A stretch of 64,000 nucleotides of DNA from a bacterium. Lineage in GTDB: Bacteria; Zhuqueibacterota; Zhuqueibacteria; Residuimicrobiales; Krinioviventaceae. Made by a program: the position numbers and the translations under genes. Of this stretch, positions 1 to 10,640 are shown piece after piece. The notes below the pieces were generated by a model. That model worked only from the letters and a program-made list of their open reading frames with translations. It was not told the origin of the DNA and ran no database searches. How positions within the stretch are numbered: the first letter of the stretch is position 1; each line of letters starts with the position of its first letter. The stretch lies in contig CAXXFV010000015.1 in assembly GCA_963674595.2 (NCBI GenBank), positions 128,001-192,000 on the forward strand, in the 5' to 3' direction.

Positions 1-1
1 T

Positions 2-1156
2 CTAACACAGCAAAATCAAATAAAATGGTTTGGTGGAGCTTTGGAACCACAACGAGGAGAAATGCCTTTTTTCTTTTTACCCCAGGGATATTTATTGGAT
101 AAAGATAATCTTTTTATCAGTGATTTGAATTTTAGAGATGTTGATATTACCTATTGGATAAGAGATTCGTGGCAAAATTTATGGGTTGCCACGTGGGGAC
201 TTGGTGCGGCAAGGGGCGATATGAATGTTATGCGTATGGAACTATTACCCTATGGTTTGTGGGATGAAACAGTGGACGCTGTCATCAAAGATGAAGATGC
301 CTTATGGGTTGGAGGTATACAACAACATGATGACATTGCCGGAATAACCGAATTTTATGAAAATGATGAACCGGTATATTATGAACCCCATTTTATTACC
401 GGTTTTGATAACGATCGGATTTCTTCAATTGCCTCTAACGGAAAGGCTATTTGGTTTGGTACTGATGATGGTATTACAAAATTCAATAAACACAACAATA
501 AATGGACAACCTTGAAAGAGATTGATAATTTAATCGATAATAAAGTAACCGATATTGTTGTTTATGGAGACAATTTGTTTGTTTCTACGTTACGAGGTGT
601 GTCTCATGTTTATACCGCAGCCGCAAATAAAGACTCTGCTTATATTAATGATATTTTATACAAAAGTCTGGGCGAAATTAAAGTTTATGATCTTGAATTG
701 CAGAAAAATTTACTGTGGATGGCAACGGAATTTGGTATTTTTATATATGATATAGAAACAGAAAAAGGCGGTTATTATAAAGGGGCGATTGGGCCGTCAG
801 ACCGGCAAACTTTTGCCGTTTCTCATTATCAAGATGAAGTTTGGTTTGGCACTGAAGACGGCGTTGCTGCTTTTAATGTGGAAACAAAAACATGGCTGAA
901 ACCACCGGCAAAGTTGTATGAAACCGATGCCGAAATTTATAAAATTTTAGCTGATAAAGATGCCGTATGGGTAGCTACGAATCAGGGTGTATTGAAATAC
1001 AACCGGTTTATGGGACGATGGACCCAGTTTACGGTTGAAGACGGCTTACCTTCACAAAATGTATATTCTCTTATGCTGGACGGAGATTATATCTGGTTTG
1101 GAACGGACCAGGGTTTGACAAAGTTTTATTGGAATTCACCTTATCGGACTGACTGA
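2..1156 (+). CDS. Beta-propeller repeat protein (two-component regulator propeller-like repeats), 5'-truncated by the window edge
   Basis: Repeated LW(V/F)GT.xG motifs (LWVATWGLG, IWFGTDDG, VWFGTEDG, IWFGTDQG) and DGLPSQNV; the frame is open from position 2. Confidence 0.65.
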   Translation, partial: LTQQNQIKWFGGALEPQRGEMPFFFLPQGYLLDKDNLFISDLNFRDVDITYWIRDSWQNLWVATWGLGAARGDMNVMRMELLPYGLWDETVDAVIKDEDALWVGGIQQHDDIAGITEFYENDEPVYYEPHFITGFDNDRISSIASNGKAIWFGTDDGITKFNKHNNKWTTLKEIDNLIDNKVTDIVVYGDNLFVSTLRGVSHVYTAAANKDSAYINDILYKSLGEIKVYDLELQKNLLWMATEFGIFIYDIETEKGGYYKGAIGPSDRQTFAVSHYQDEVWFGTEDGVAAFNVETKTWLKPPAKLYETDAEIYKILADKDAVWVATNQGVLKYNRFMGRWTQFTVEDGLPSQNVYSLMLDGDYIWFGTDQGLTKFYWNSPYRTD

Positions 1157-1160
1157 TTTT

Positions 1161-2447
1161 ATGATTGACGACACTGAAGAGCAATTTCAAAATGCCGTCC
1201 GGTATCTTTATGATCTTGAGGTTTTTGGGATAAATTTGGGCCTTGATCGGATGAAGGCCCTGTTAAATGCATTTGGAAATCCTCACCAGAACATGAAATT
1301 CATTCACATCGCCGGAACGAATGGCAAGGGTTCTGTTGCCGCGATGCTTGATTCGGTTTTACGGGAACACGGTTATAATACCGGACTCTATACATCACCT
1401 CATCTTGTTGATGTTCGTGAACGAATTCGGTTTAATGGTGATTTTATTTCAAAACAGGATTTTATTACTTTTGTTCGCAAACTCGAACCTGCTATAAAAC
1501 AGTATCAATGTACATTTTTCGAAGCAATGACCGCTTTGGCCCTGTTATATTTTTCCAGTAAAAATATTGATTATGCTATATTGGAAGTCGGGTTAGGCGG
1601 AAGGCTCGATGCCACAAATGTGGTAACTCCCGTATGTTCGGTTATTACATCTGTGCAATTCGACCATACAAGTCATTTGGGAAAAACACTCAAAGATATT
1701 GCTGTTGAAAAGGCCGGAATTATTAAAGAAAACATTCCCAGTGTTGTCGGAGATTTGCCATTAGAAGCAAAAAGTGAGATTGTCAAGATCGCCCAATCTA
1801 GAAAGAGCATGTTAACAGATGCATCAGTAAAATATCGATTAACACATGTCGATGTTTCAAAAGACAAATCTTTCTTTCAAGTTGAAACGCCCTTGTGGGG
1901 AGACAAACCGTTTGAAATACCTTTTATTGGTGAGTTTCAGGTAAAGAATACATTAATTGTTTTGGCAGCTCTGTTTCAATTAACCGATCATAATTTGGCC
2001 TTGAGTTACAACCATATTAATAATGGGTTGCGTAAAGCTGTCTGGCAGGGACGGTTTCAAAAAATACAAGAGAACCCAACCGTTATTGCAGATGTGGCCC
2101 ATAATCCGGCTTCTATGCAGCAACTGGTGAAAAATTTTGAAAAATTGTATCAGGATTCCAAAATAGTTATTCTGCTTGGATTGCTTGATGATAAAGATTA
2201 TAAACAAATTATTGAAATTTTAAAACCTGTAGTAAAAATAATAGTTCCTTTGGAGATTGATGCAAAACGAGCGCTGAATCCGTCCGTGTTACAACGTGAA
2301 ATATGTAAATCAGGGATCGAATCGGGTCCTGTTTCAACTGTAACAGAAGGATTGGATTACGCATTAAAACATTATAAGAATTATATAATTTGTGCAACCG
2401 GCTCTCATTTTGTTATTGGTGAGGTTTTTAAGAAAATAAAAGCTTGA
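1161..2447 (+). CDS. folC: Bifunctional folylpolyglutamate synthase/dihydrofolate synthase
   Basis: HIAGTNGKGS, YTSPHL, EVGLGGRLDATNV, DVAHNP motifs. Confidence 0.95.
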   Translation: MIDDTEEQFQNAVRYLYDLEVFGINLGLDRMKALLNAFGNPHQNMKFIHIAGTNGKGSVAAMLDSVLREHGYNTGLYTSPHLVDVRERIRFNGDFISKQDFITFVRKLEPAIKQYQCTFFEAMTALALLYFSSKNIDYAILEVGLGGRLDATNVVTPVCSVITSVQFDHTSHLGKTLKDIAVEKAGIIKENIPSVVGDLPLEAKSEIVKIAQSRKSMLTDASVKYRLTHVDVSKDKSFFQVETPLWGDKPFEIPFIGEFQVKNTLIVLAALFQLTDHNLALSYNHINNGLRKAVWQGRFQKIQENPTVIADVAHNPASMQQLVKNFEKLYQDSKIVILLGLLDDKDYKQIIEILKPVVKIIVPLEIDAKRALNPSVLQREICKSGIESGPVSTVTEGLDYALKHYKNYIICATGSHFVIGEVFKKIKA

Positions 2448-2472
2448 CAAAAAGGATATTTTTTTTTAATTT
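2444..2472 (+). promoter_or_regulatory. Putative sigma70 promoter for the ABC ATPase gene
   Basis: TTGACA (2444-2449), 17 nt spacer, TAATTT (2467-2472). Confidence 0.5.
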
Positions 2473-2598
2473 TTTCTGTTAAAACCTGAGTTACCTCTAT
2501 TTTTATACACACCAAAAGATCTTCAAAATTATTACAAGGTGATAGTATTGACTGTTAAGGCAGAGATGCTTTTTATATTCAGGAAAAGGTGAAATCGC

Positions 2599-3693
2599 GT
2601 GGCCCGTGTTGAGCTAAAGAACGTATCAAAGGTTTATGATAAAAACATAAAAGCTGTTGATTCTATTGATTTAGATATCCCTGATAAGGAATTTGTTGTG
2701 CTTGTTGGACCTTCCGGATGTGGTAAATCAACAACATTACGTATGATTGCCGGTTTGGAAGAAGTTACCTTGGGAGATATTTGGATTGGTGATACCCGAG
2801 TTAATGACATTGCCCCAAAGGATAGAGATATTGCAATGGTTTTTCAAAACTATGCGCTTTATCCTCACATGACAGTCTATCAAAATATGTCATTTGGTTT
2901 GAAATTGAGAAAATTTTCTAAAAAAGAAATTGATGACAGGGTCCGGGAAGCAGCAGAAATTCTCGGCATTACAGATTTACTCGACCGAAAACCCAAAGCT
3001 CTTTCCGGCGGCCAGAGACAGCGTGTTGCTGTTGGTCGTGCCATTGTGCGAAAACCTAAAGTATTTTTATTTGATGAACCATTATCCAATTTAGATGCCA
3101 AATTGCGTGTGCAAATGCGTACTGAAATTTCCCGGCTACATACAAAAATCGGAACAACCATGGTTTATGTAACACATGATCAGGTTGAGGCCATGACGAT
3201 GGGAGATCGTATTGTTGTAATGCGTGATGGCGTGATCCAACAAAATGATGCTCCATTAAATTTATATGAACATCCAAAGAATAAATTTGTTGCCGGGTTT
3301 ATTGGAAGTCCCGGTATGAATTTTATGCCCGGTGTTTTGGAGAAAAATGGTTCCTTAGAATTTAAAAATAATAACATTAAGCTTACTATTCCCGAAAAAC
3401 GAAATAAAGTCTTGGAGCCTTATTTTGGAAAAGATGTGATTTTTGGAATTCGGCCTGAAGACGTAAACATTGTAAACGACAGTTCTCCAGGGGTTTCCAC
3501 TGCTGCATTTTCTGTCGATGTTGTTGAGCAGATGGGAAATGAAATATTTATACACCTAAGTTCTAACGATATATCTCTCGTAGGTCGAATAAATCCCGAA
3601 ACAAATGTTAAAGTTAATTCTATTGTAAAAATAGGTTTTGATATGAATAAAGCACATTTTTTTAACATAAAAAATGAGGAGGCTATTTTTTAA
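2599..3693 (+). CDS. Carbohydrate ABC transporter ATP-binding subunit (MalK/MsmX/UgpC family)
   Basis: [44 protein letters not shown]-terminal TOBE-like region. Confidence 0.93.
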   Translation: MARVELKNVSKVYDKNIKAVDSIDLDIPDKEFVVLVGPSGCGKSTTLRMIAGLEEVTLGDIWIGDTRVNDIAPKDRDIAMVFQNYALYPHMTVYQNMSFGLKLRKFSKKEIDDRVREAAEILGITDLLDRKPKALSGGQRQRVAVGRAIVRKPKVFLFDEPLSNLDAKLRVQMRTEISRLHTKIGTTMVYVTHDQVEAMTMGDRIVVMRDGVIQQNDAPLNLYEHPKNKFVAGFIGSPGMNFMPGVLEKNGSLEFKNNNIKLTIPEKRNKVLEPYFGKDVIFGIRPEDVNIVNDSSPGVSTAAFSVDVVEQMGNEIFIHLSSNDISLVGRINPETNVKVNSIVKIGFDMNKAHFFNIKNEEAIF

Positions 3694-3931
3694 GATTGTT
3701 TCTAATTAAAAGTAGGTCTTTGGCTTTTAATCGGGGAGATTCTTGTCAAATTACAAGTGTTTAAAAACAGGATTATATACTACCTAAAACTAATATTTTA
3801 ACCCAAATAACAGCAAATTAGAAAATTGAATAAAAGATGCAAAAGGATCAATACAACTTGTTATCTTTTGTCTATTTTAAGAGAATGTAAGATATTTTTG
3901 CATGCTTTGACTAAAATAAAAGAGGAAATTC

Positions 3932-5179
3932 ATGGATATTACTGAACTTAAGAATTTAAAAATTGCGGAATTAACGCAAATGGGCCAGGAGTTGGGCATT
4001 TCAAAGGTAACTGGCTTGAGAAAATCCGAACTTATTTTTAAAATTCTTGAAGAACAAACAAAAAGAGAAGGTTTCATCTTTGCCGAAGGCGTTTTAGAGG
4101 TCTTACCGGACGGTTATGGTTTTTTAAGATCAACTGATTTTAATTATCTTCCAGGCCCAGATGATATTTATGTATCACCTTCTCAGATTAAACGTTTTGG
4201 TATGCGTACAGGTGATACTGTCTCCGGGCAGATCCGGCCGCCAAAGGAAAATGAAAGGTTTTTTGCCCTGCTTAAAGTAGAGGCGATTAATTATGAAAAT
4301 CCGGATGAAGCCAAGCTCAAAATTCTTTTTGATAATCTGACACCTTTATACCCTGATGAGCGCATTAATCTGGAAACAAAATCCAAAGATTATTCCATGC
4401 GTATTATGAACCTGTTAACGCCTATTGGTAAAGGTCAGAGAGGATTGATCGTTGCGCAGCCGAAAACAGGTAAAACTACACTGCTGCAACAAATTGCAAA
4501 CAGCATAACGGCAAATCATCCCGAAGTTAATATGATTGTACTGTTGATTGATGAACGCCCAGAGGAAGTAACCGATATGCAGCGATCTGTAAAAGCAGAG
4601 GTTGTCAGTTCTACTTTTGACGAGCCGGCCGAAAGACACGTTCAGGTAGCCGATATGGTACTGGAAAAATCAAAAAGACTTGTTGAATATGGCCAGGACG
4701 TGGTTATTCTGTTGGATAGTATTACGCGATTGGCCCGTGCTCACAATGCTGTTGTCCCTCACAGTGGAAAAATCCTTTCCGGTGGTGTGGATGCAAACGC
4801 ATTACACCGTCCAAAACGCTTTTTCGGAGCGGCCAGAAATATTGAAGAAGGCGGCAGTTTAACAATAATTGCAACCGCATTAATCGATACCGGAAGCCGA
4901 ATGGATGATGTTATTTTTGAAGAGTTTAAAGGGACCGGTAATATGGAGCTTGTACTCGACCGCCGTCTTTCGGATCGTCGTGTATTTCCTGCTATCGATG
5001 TTAACCGTTCAGGAACGCGTAAAGAAGAATTGCTGATGAACCCGATGGCCTTAAACAGAATCTGGATTTTGCGAAAATTACTGGCCGAATTGACAACAGT
5101 AGAGGCGATGGAATTTTTATTATCAAAAATTCAGGGTACAAAATCCAACAAGGCATTTTTGGAATCCATGAGCATGTAA
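3932..5179 (+). CDS. rho: Transcription termination factor Rho
   Basis: [42 protein letters not shown]. Confidence 0.98.
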   Translation: MDITELKNLKIAELTQMGQELGISKVTGLRKSELIFKILEEQTKREGFIFAEGVLEVLPDGYGFLRSTDFNYLPGPDDIYVSPSQIKRFGMRTGDTVSGQIRPPKENERFFALLKVEAINYENPDEAKLKILFDNLTPLYPDERINLETKSKDYSMRIMNLLTPIGKGQRGLIVAQPKTGKTTLLQQIANSITANHPEVNMIVLLIDERPEEVTDMQRSVKAEVVSSTFDEPAERHVQVADMVLEKSKRLVEYGQDVVILLDSITRLARAHNAVVPHSGKILSGGVDANALHRPKRFFGAARNIEEGGSLTIIATALIDTGSRMDDVIFEEFKGTGNMELVLDRRLSDRRVFPAIDVNRSGTRKEELLMNPMALNRIWILRKLLAELTTVEAMEFLLSKIQGTKSNKAFLESMSM

Positions 5180-5214
5180 AACAATAAAAATAAGAGTGAT
5201 TATAAATGTTTTAC

Positions 5215-5243
5215 TTGCATTCAGTTGAAAATTTTGTTATCTT
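5215..5243 (+). promoter_or_regulatory. Putative sigma70 promoter of rpmE
   Basis: TTGCAT, 17 nt spacer, TATCTT, with an extended -10 TG. Confidence 0.55.
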
Positions 5244-5302
5244 ATTTCCTGTGTAAAAATGTAAAAAGTTGTATTATTCTATATATATAAGGAGAGATTT
5301 CC

Positions 5303-5527
5303 TTGAAGAAGGACATACATCCAGAATATAAAATTGGAACGATTACGTGTGCTTGTGGAAATACCTTTCAGGTAAAATCCACAATTGGCGATTTGGATTT
5401 GGAAATTTGTTCCGAATGTCATCCATTTTTTACCGGTAAACAAAAATTCATTGACACCGCAGGTCGTGTTGATAAATTTCGTAAAAAATATGGAAATTAT
5501 AACAAATCTGCTGCACAAAACTCTTAG
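5303..5527 (+). CDS. rpmE: 50S ribosomal protein L31 (zinc-binding CxC...CxxC type)
   Basis: [32 protein letters not shown]; TTG start after an AGGAG SD. Confidence 0.97.
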   Translation: MKKDIHPEYKIGTITCACGNTFQVKSTIGDLDLEICSECHPFFTGKQKFIDTAGRVDKFRKKYGNYNKSAAQNS

Positions 5528-5546
5528 TTTTTTTAAGAAAAATTTG

Positions 5547-5595
5547 AACGGAATATTAGACCTCTGTTTCAGGGGGCCATTATTCCGTTTTTTTT
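5547..5595 (+). terminator. Intrinsic terminator-like hairpin after rpmE
   Basis: AACGGAATA...CCTCTG TTT CAGGGG...TATTCCGTT followed by a T run. Confidence 0.6.
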
Positions 5596-5623
5596 GTTTA
5601 TAGATGCCGGAGACGGAATACCT

Positions 5624-6547
5624 ATGGAAAAGATGAAAAAAGTAGCTGTGGGCGGACAGGCTGTTATGGAAGGCGTTATGATGCGTGGGCCGGAACATGT
5701 AGCCGTTGCTGTAAGAAAGCCGGATGGTGGAATTGTTGTTAAAAAGGAACCTTTTCAATCCATCACAAAGCGATTAAAAATACTTGGCTGGCCTGTTTTA
5801 AGAGGTGCTGTTGTGCTTGTGGAATCTCTTATTATCGGTGTGAAGGCTTTGACCTTTTCCGGCGATATTGCTATCCAGGAAGAGGAACAAAACACTAAAA
5901 GTAGCAATGATTTTTGGAATAAACTTTGGATGGGTTTATCGATTGTTTTTGCCTTTGCTATGGGAATGGGATTGTTTTTTTATGTTCCGTTGATTCTTAC
6001 GGAATTGTTTAAATTCGAATCCACAATTTTGTTCAATCTGGTTGACGGTGTTTTTCGTTTGGCTATATTTTTACTTTATCTTTATATTATTACACTGTGG
6101 AAAGACATTCAAAGAGTTTTTGAATATCATGGTGCTGAACATAAAAGCATATTTGCCTATGAAGATCAAAAAGAGTTGGTCGTCGATTCGGCCCGTGATT
6201 ATACAACTCTACATCCGCGTTGCGGGACCAGCTTTTTACTGATTGTTATGATTGTTAGTATTTTTGTTTTTATGTTTTTAGGCAAACCGTCAACGATAGC
6301 TGAGCGTTTTTTGCGAATTGCATGCGTTCCGTTAATCGGTGGATTATCCTATGAGTTTATAAAACTTTCGGATAAAGGTTTTAAAAATAAATTTTTTCGC
6401 ATTTTTATCATACCAGGGCTGTGGCTGCAAAAGTTAACAACCAGAGAACCTGACGATAGTCAACTGGAAGTAGCTATGGTTGCCTTAAAAAGTGCGCTTG
6501 GTCATGATCCGGTTGCAGGACCGTCTCCTGTTGAAGTTTTATCTTAA
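5624..6547 (+). CDS. DUF1385 (YqhQ-like) membrane protein
   Basis: VGGQAVMEGVMMRG, YHGAEHK, HPRCGTSF, LQKLTTREP; typical rpmE-DUF1385-prfA/prmC synteny; ATG 5624 preferred over TTG 5594, which lies in the terminator tail. Confidence 0.9.
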   Translation: MEKMKKVAVGGQAVMEGVMMRGPEHVAVAVRKPDGGIVVKKEPFQSITKRLKILGWPVLRGAVVLVESLIIGVKALTFSGDIAIQEEEQNTKSSNDFWNKLWMGLSIVFAFAMGMGLFFYVPLILTELFKFESTILFNLVDGVFRLAIFLLYLYIITLWKDIQRVFEYHGAEHKSIFAYEDQKELVVDSARDYTTLHPRCGTSFLLIVMIVSIFVFMFLGKPSTIAERFLRIACVPLIGGLSYEFIKLSDKGFKNKFFRIFIIPGLWLQKLTTREPDDSQLEVAMVALKSALGHDPVAGPSPVEVLS

Positions 6548-6565
6548 TTTTTTTGAGGCATTTTT

Positions 6566-7633
6566 GTGATTGATAAACTTGATAATGTATTAGACAGATA
6601 TACTGAATTAGAGAAAAAACTTGGTGATCCCCAAATTATCTCCAACCCCAATGTTTATAAGGAAGTAGCAAGAGAAGAAAAAGAACTTGCTCCCATTGTT
6701 CAGGCTATTCGAAAATATAAAAAATTGATAAATAATATTGAGGGTAATAAAGAGATTATAAAATCCGGTGAAGACCAAGAACTTGCTGAACTGGCGGAAC
6801 TGGAACTTGAGGAAATGGAAGAACGATGTGTTGAGATGGAAGATGAGCTAAAGATTTTATTGATTCCTAAAGATCCGCAGGATTTTCGCAACGCTGTTGT
6901 GGAAATACGTGCCGGTACCGGTGGTGATGAAGCCGGATTGTTTGCCGGGGATTTGTATAGAATGTATCAACGATTCGCTGAAAATAACCGCTGGAAAATT
7001 GAAGTGTTGAGTTTAAACACTCAGGGTATCGGTGGATTTCGAGAAGTTATATTTTTAATGTCAGGTGATGAAGTATATGGTCAAATGAAATTTGAAGCGG
7101 GCGTTCATCGCGTTCAGCGTGTTCCGCAAACAGAAACCAGCGGACGAATACATACCTCCGCCGCTTCTGTGGCCGTGTTACCGGAAGCTGAAGATATTGA
7201 TGTGGACATTGCCCCGAATGATTTACGTATTGATGTATACAGGTCCAGCGGACCTGGCGGACAAAGTGTTAATACAACAGATTCTGCTGTCCGTGTAACC
7301 CATATTCCAACCGGTTTGGTTGTTACCTGTCAGGATGAAAAATCGCAGCACAAAAACCGTGCAAAAGCGCTCAAAGTTTTGAGAGCGCGTTTATACGATA
7401 AAGCGATGGAAGAGGAACAAGCCAAATTAACTGCCGAAAGAAGGTCTATGGTAAGTACAGGTGACCGCAGCGCAAAAATACGAACTTATAATTTTCCACA
7501 AGGCCGGGTTACCGACCATCGAATCAATTTAACTTTATATCGGTTGGATGAGATATTGCAAGGTGACCTTGTCGAAATAATTGAAAATTTAAAAATCGCC
7601 GATCGTGCCGAAAAGCTTAAATATTTGGAATAA
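6566..7633 (+). CDS. prfA: Peptide chain release factor 1
   Basis: EIRAGTGGDEA, RVPQTE (PxT motif of RF1), GGQ motif. Confidence 0.97.
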   Translation: MIDKLDNVLDRYTELEKKLGDPQIISNPNVYKEVAREEKELAPIVQAIRKYKKLINNIEGNKEIIKSGEDQELAELAELELEEMEERCVEMEDELKILLIPKDPQDFRNAVVEIRAGTGGDEAGLFAGDLYRMYQRFAENNRWKIEVLSLNTQGIGGFREVIFLMSGDEVYGQMKFEAGVHRVQRVPQTETSGRIHTSAASVAVLPEAEDIDVDIAPNDLRIDVYRSSGPGGQSVNTTDSAVRVTHIPTGLVVTCQDEKSQHKNRAKALKVLRARLYDKAMEEEQAKLTAERRSMVSTGDRSAKIRTYNFPQGRVTDHRINLTLYRLDEILQGDLVEIIENLKIADRAEKLKYLE

Positions 7634-7638
7634 AAATA

Positions 7639-8550
7639 TTGTCAACTCAGCAGAATATTCAAAAAAAGTGGAAATTAATAGAACTTTTGAATTGGTCTTC
7701 AGATTACCTTTCAACTAAAGGATTTGAAAACAGCCGTCTGAATGCTGAGTGTTTGCTGGCCCATTCGCTTAATTTAAAGCGAATGGAGATTTATTTAAAT
7801 TTTGACAGACCGTTGAATCCCGAAGAGCTAGCCGAATATAAAATTTTATTAAAACGGCGACTGGCCCATGAACCTCTTCAGTATATCCTTGGTTCAACTG
7901 AATTTTATTCTTTACCTTTTATTGTTGAACTTGGAGTACTCATTCCCAGACCGGAAACAGAAATTTTAGTTGATAACGTTCTTTCGTTGTGTCAAAAAAA
8001 CTTTGCAACTCAACCTGAAATTCAAATCCTTGATGTCGGATGTGGGTCCGGAAATATTTCCGTTTCTCTTGCAAAAAACCTTGCTAATGCTAAAGTGGTT
8101 TCTGTCGATAAATCTGACAAGGCGCTTGAAATCGCTCAAAAAAACGCTGAGATTAATGGTGTTCAAAATCAGGTACGTTTTTTTAAGCAAGATGCTCTTG
8201 GCATTTGGCCTGAAACATTGAAGAATTTTTTTGACATTGTTGTTTCCAATCCACCTTATGTCAGTGAACCGGATTATTCAAATTTAGCTGATGAAATTAA
8301 AATTTATGAACCAAAATTGGCTTTAACAGCCGGACAAGATGGTCTTGACTTTTACCGTTCTTTTTCTGAAATTCTAAAAGGTTTGTTAAAAAATAATAGT
8401 TTTGCTTTTTTTGAAATGGGCGATGGTCAAGCCCGGTCTGTAGGTAATATTTTTACTCAAAAAGCATTTCAGGAGCTTGAAATATTTAAAGATTTAACCG
8501 GTCGTGACCGTATTATTTCTATACTGAAAACTGCTAAAGGAGAAGAGTAA
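7639..8550 (+). CDS. prmC: Release factor glutamine methyltransferase
   Basis: EPLQYILG, LIPRPETE, DVGCGSG, SNPPY; adjacent to prfA. Confidence 0.95.
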   Translation: MSTQQNIQKKWKLIELLNWSSDYLSTKGFENSRLNAECLLAHSLNLKRMEIYLNFDRPLNPEELAEYKILLKRRLAHEPLQYILGSTEFYSLPFIVELGVLIPRPETEILVDNVLSLCQKNFATQPEIQILDVGCGSGNISVSLAKNLANAKVVSVDKSDKALEIAQKNAEINGVQNQVRFFKQDALGIWPETLKNFFDIVVSNPPYVSEPDYSNLADEIKIYEPKLALTAGQDGLDFYRSFSEILKGLLKNNSFAFFEMGDGQARSVGNIFTQKAFQELEIFKDLTGRDRIISILKTAKGEE

Positions 8551-9929
8551 TGAATGCAAGCATTTTTCGTGAATATGATATTCGTGGTATCGTTGAAACT
8601 GATTTTTCTGATGAGGTTGTAAGAAACCTTGGCAAGGCATTTGGTACAGTTATGCGGCAGCGTAATTACAGCACAATTGCCGTAGGCTATGATCTTCGGT
8701 TGTCTTCACCTCATTTACAAAAAATATACGTGGAAGGGCTTGTTTCCACAGGTTTGAATGTGGTTAATATCGGACAAGTTACCACCCCTGCCCTTTATTT
8801 TTCAATATTACACCTTGAGATGGATGGTGGTGTTATGATTACCGGAAGCCATAATCCCATAGAATTTAATGGTTTTAAAATGTGTGAAGGTGTCGGATCA
8901 TTTTATGGTAAAGATATTCAATTGCTGAAACAAATGATTCTGGAAAATAAATTGAAATCTGATACACCCGGTATGGTTAAAAATGTAGATATTATGCCGG
9001 ATTACCTGAATATGCTCAAAACAAAATTTAATTTTCCTAAAAAGTTAAAAGTGGTTATTGATGCGGGAAATGCAACAGCCGGACCTATAGCTCCGTCCTT
9101 ATGGCAGGACCTTGGAATGGAAGTTATTCCTTTATATTGTGAGCCGGATGGCAGTTTTCCAAACCATTTGCCTGACCCATCTGTTCCGAAATATATGGCT
9201 GATTTAATGGCTAAAGTTTTGGAAGAGGGTGCAGACCTTGGAATCGGTTATGACGGTGACTCCGACCGTGTCGGTACCATTGATGATAAAGGACGAATGG
9301 TCTTTGCAGATACCCTGCTTTCCTTGTTTAGTGGTGATGTGTTGAAGCGAAAGCCAGGCGCACAGATTATTTTTGATGTGAAATGCTCGCAAGCTGTGCC
9401 TGAGGTTATCCAACAACTTGGTGGAAAACCTGTCATGTGGAAAACCGGGCATTCAATAATAAAAGCAAAAATGAAAGAAATAAAATCACCTTTTGCCGGA
9501 GAAATGTCGGGCCACATGTTTTTTGCGGATGATTATTATGGCTTTGATGATGGTATTTATGCATCAGGCCGAATATTGGAAATTATTTCAAATAGCGACA
9601 AGAAATTTTCAGAACTTGTTGATGAAATTCCTAAATTCGTATCAACCCCTGAAATTCGTGTAAAATGTGCAGATGAGTACAAGTTTGATGTCGTTGCTAA
9701 ACTGGTTAAAGATTTTTCAGCCTCCTATGAGACCATAGATATCGACGGTGCACGGGTACAGTTTGGTGACGGGTGGGGCCTTGTAAGAGCTTCCAATACG
9801 GAACCAACGCTTGTATTACGCTTTGAAGCGAAAACAAAAGAAAGATTGGAAGAAATTGTAGAAATATTTAAAAACAAACTCGGACAGTTTTCCACTGTAA
9901 AAATGAATGAAACTGATTTTAAAATCTAA
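8550..9929 (+). CDS. Phosphomannomutase/phosphoglucomutase (AlgC-like)
   Basis: FREYDIRG, TGSHNP (phospho-Ser), DGDSDR, GEMSGH, RASNTEP. Confidence 0.93.
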   Translation: MNASIFREYDIRGIVETDFSDEVVRNLGKAFGTVMRQRNYSTIAVGYDLRLSSPHLQKIYVEGLVSTGLNVVNIGQVTTPALYFSILHLEMDGGVMITGSHNPIEFNGFKMCEGVGSFYGKDIQLLKQMILENKLKSDTPGMVKNVDIMPDYLNMLKTKFNFPKKLKVVIDAGNATAGPIAPSLWQDLGMEVIPLYCEPDGSFPNHLPDPSVPKYMADLMAKVLEEGADLGIGYDGDSDRVGTIDDKGRMVFADTLLSLFSGDVLKRKPGAQIIFDVKCSQAVPEVIQQLGGKPVMWKTGHSIIKAKMKEIKSPFAGEMSGHMFFADDYYGFDDGIYASGRILEIISNSDKKFSELVDEIPKFVSTPEIRVKCADEYKFDVVAKLVKDFSASYETIDIDGARVQFGDGWGLVRASNTEPTLVLRFEAKTKERLEEIVEIFKNKLGQFSTVKMNETDFKI

Positions 9930-9966
9930 TTCATCTTATTAAAACAACGCCTGAAAGGAGCAAGAA

Positions 9967-10623
9967 ATGAAAAAAATCGCCTTATCCATTTTAGCCGTCG
10001 GTATTATTTTACTATCAAGTTGTGCTTCCGGTGTTAAAAGTTTTAAAGAGCCAACAACTGGTGATACAATGCTGGTGGTTGGTCGTGTTTTGGTTGAGGA
10101 TAATTATTTTTCTCAGGAAATTGGTGTTTATAAAGCCAGTATTGAAGTTGCCGTTTTGGGTAAAACCGATGCGGGAAAAGAAGTGGGTTTCTGGACGATA
10201 ACCGATAAAGAAGGTTATTTTGCATTAGGCGACGTTCCCAAAGGTGAATATGTCATCAAGGGTATTCGTGCCATGGTAGGGAGAGGATCCCAGGTTACGA
10301 TTACAAATCGTTTGAGGCTGTCGACCGATCCTTATTCAATTACAAAAAAGGCATCCATTCTTTTTGACGGCAACTATTTCCCTTATGAAGCGAATGGCCG
10401 AATTTTAAGCTTGCAGCAAAATATTTTTCGGTTGGACCAAATGAGCAACCAGACCAACCAGGTTAATTATCAGGTCCGTTTTAAACTGGAAGATTTTGAG
10501 CTTGTTGATGGTACAACATTAAATGACGACTCGGTAGAAAATTATTATTTACAAAAATATCCTGATACCTCCTGGAAGTCGGAACTTGAAGCAAGTGCTA
10601 AAATCCAAAAATTTCGTCGATAA
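9967..10623 (+). CDS. Hypothetical lipoprotein
   Basis: Signal peptide with lipobox LSSC; TDKEGYFALGDVPKGEY resembles a prealbumin-like beta-sandwich; AGGAG SD. Confidence 0.65.
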   Translation: MKKIALSILAVGIILLSSCASGVKSFKEPTTGDTMLVVGRVLVEDNYFSQEIGVYKASIEVAVLGKTDAGKEVGFWTITDKEGYFALGDVPKGEYVIKGIRAMVGRGSQVTITNRLRLSTDPYSITKKASILFDGNYFPYEANGRILSLQQNIFRLDQMSNQTNQVNYQVRFKLEDFELVDGTTLNDDSVENYYLQKYPDTSWKSELEASAKIQKFRR

Positions 10624-10640
10624 TCCATACGAATCTTGAT

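Noticed and set aside
3694-3931. Long AT-rich region before rho with a weak inverted repeat (CAAAAGGAT...ATCTTTTG)
   Set aside because: No recognisable RNA motif; compatible with an ordinary promoter or Rho-autoregulated leader.
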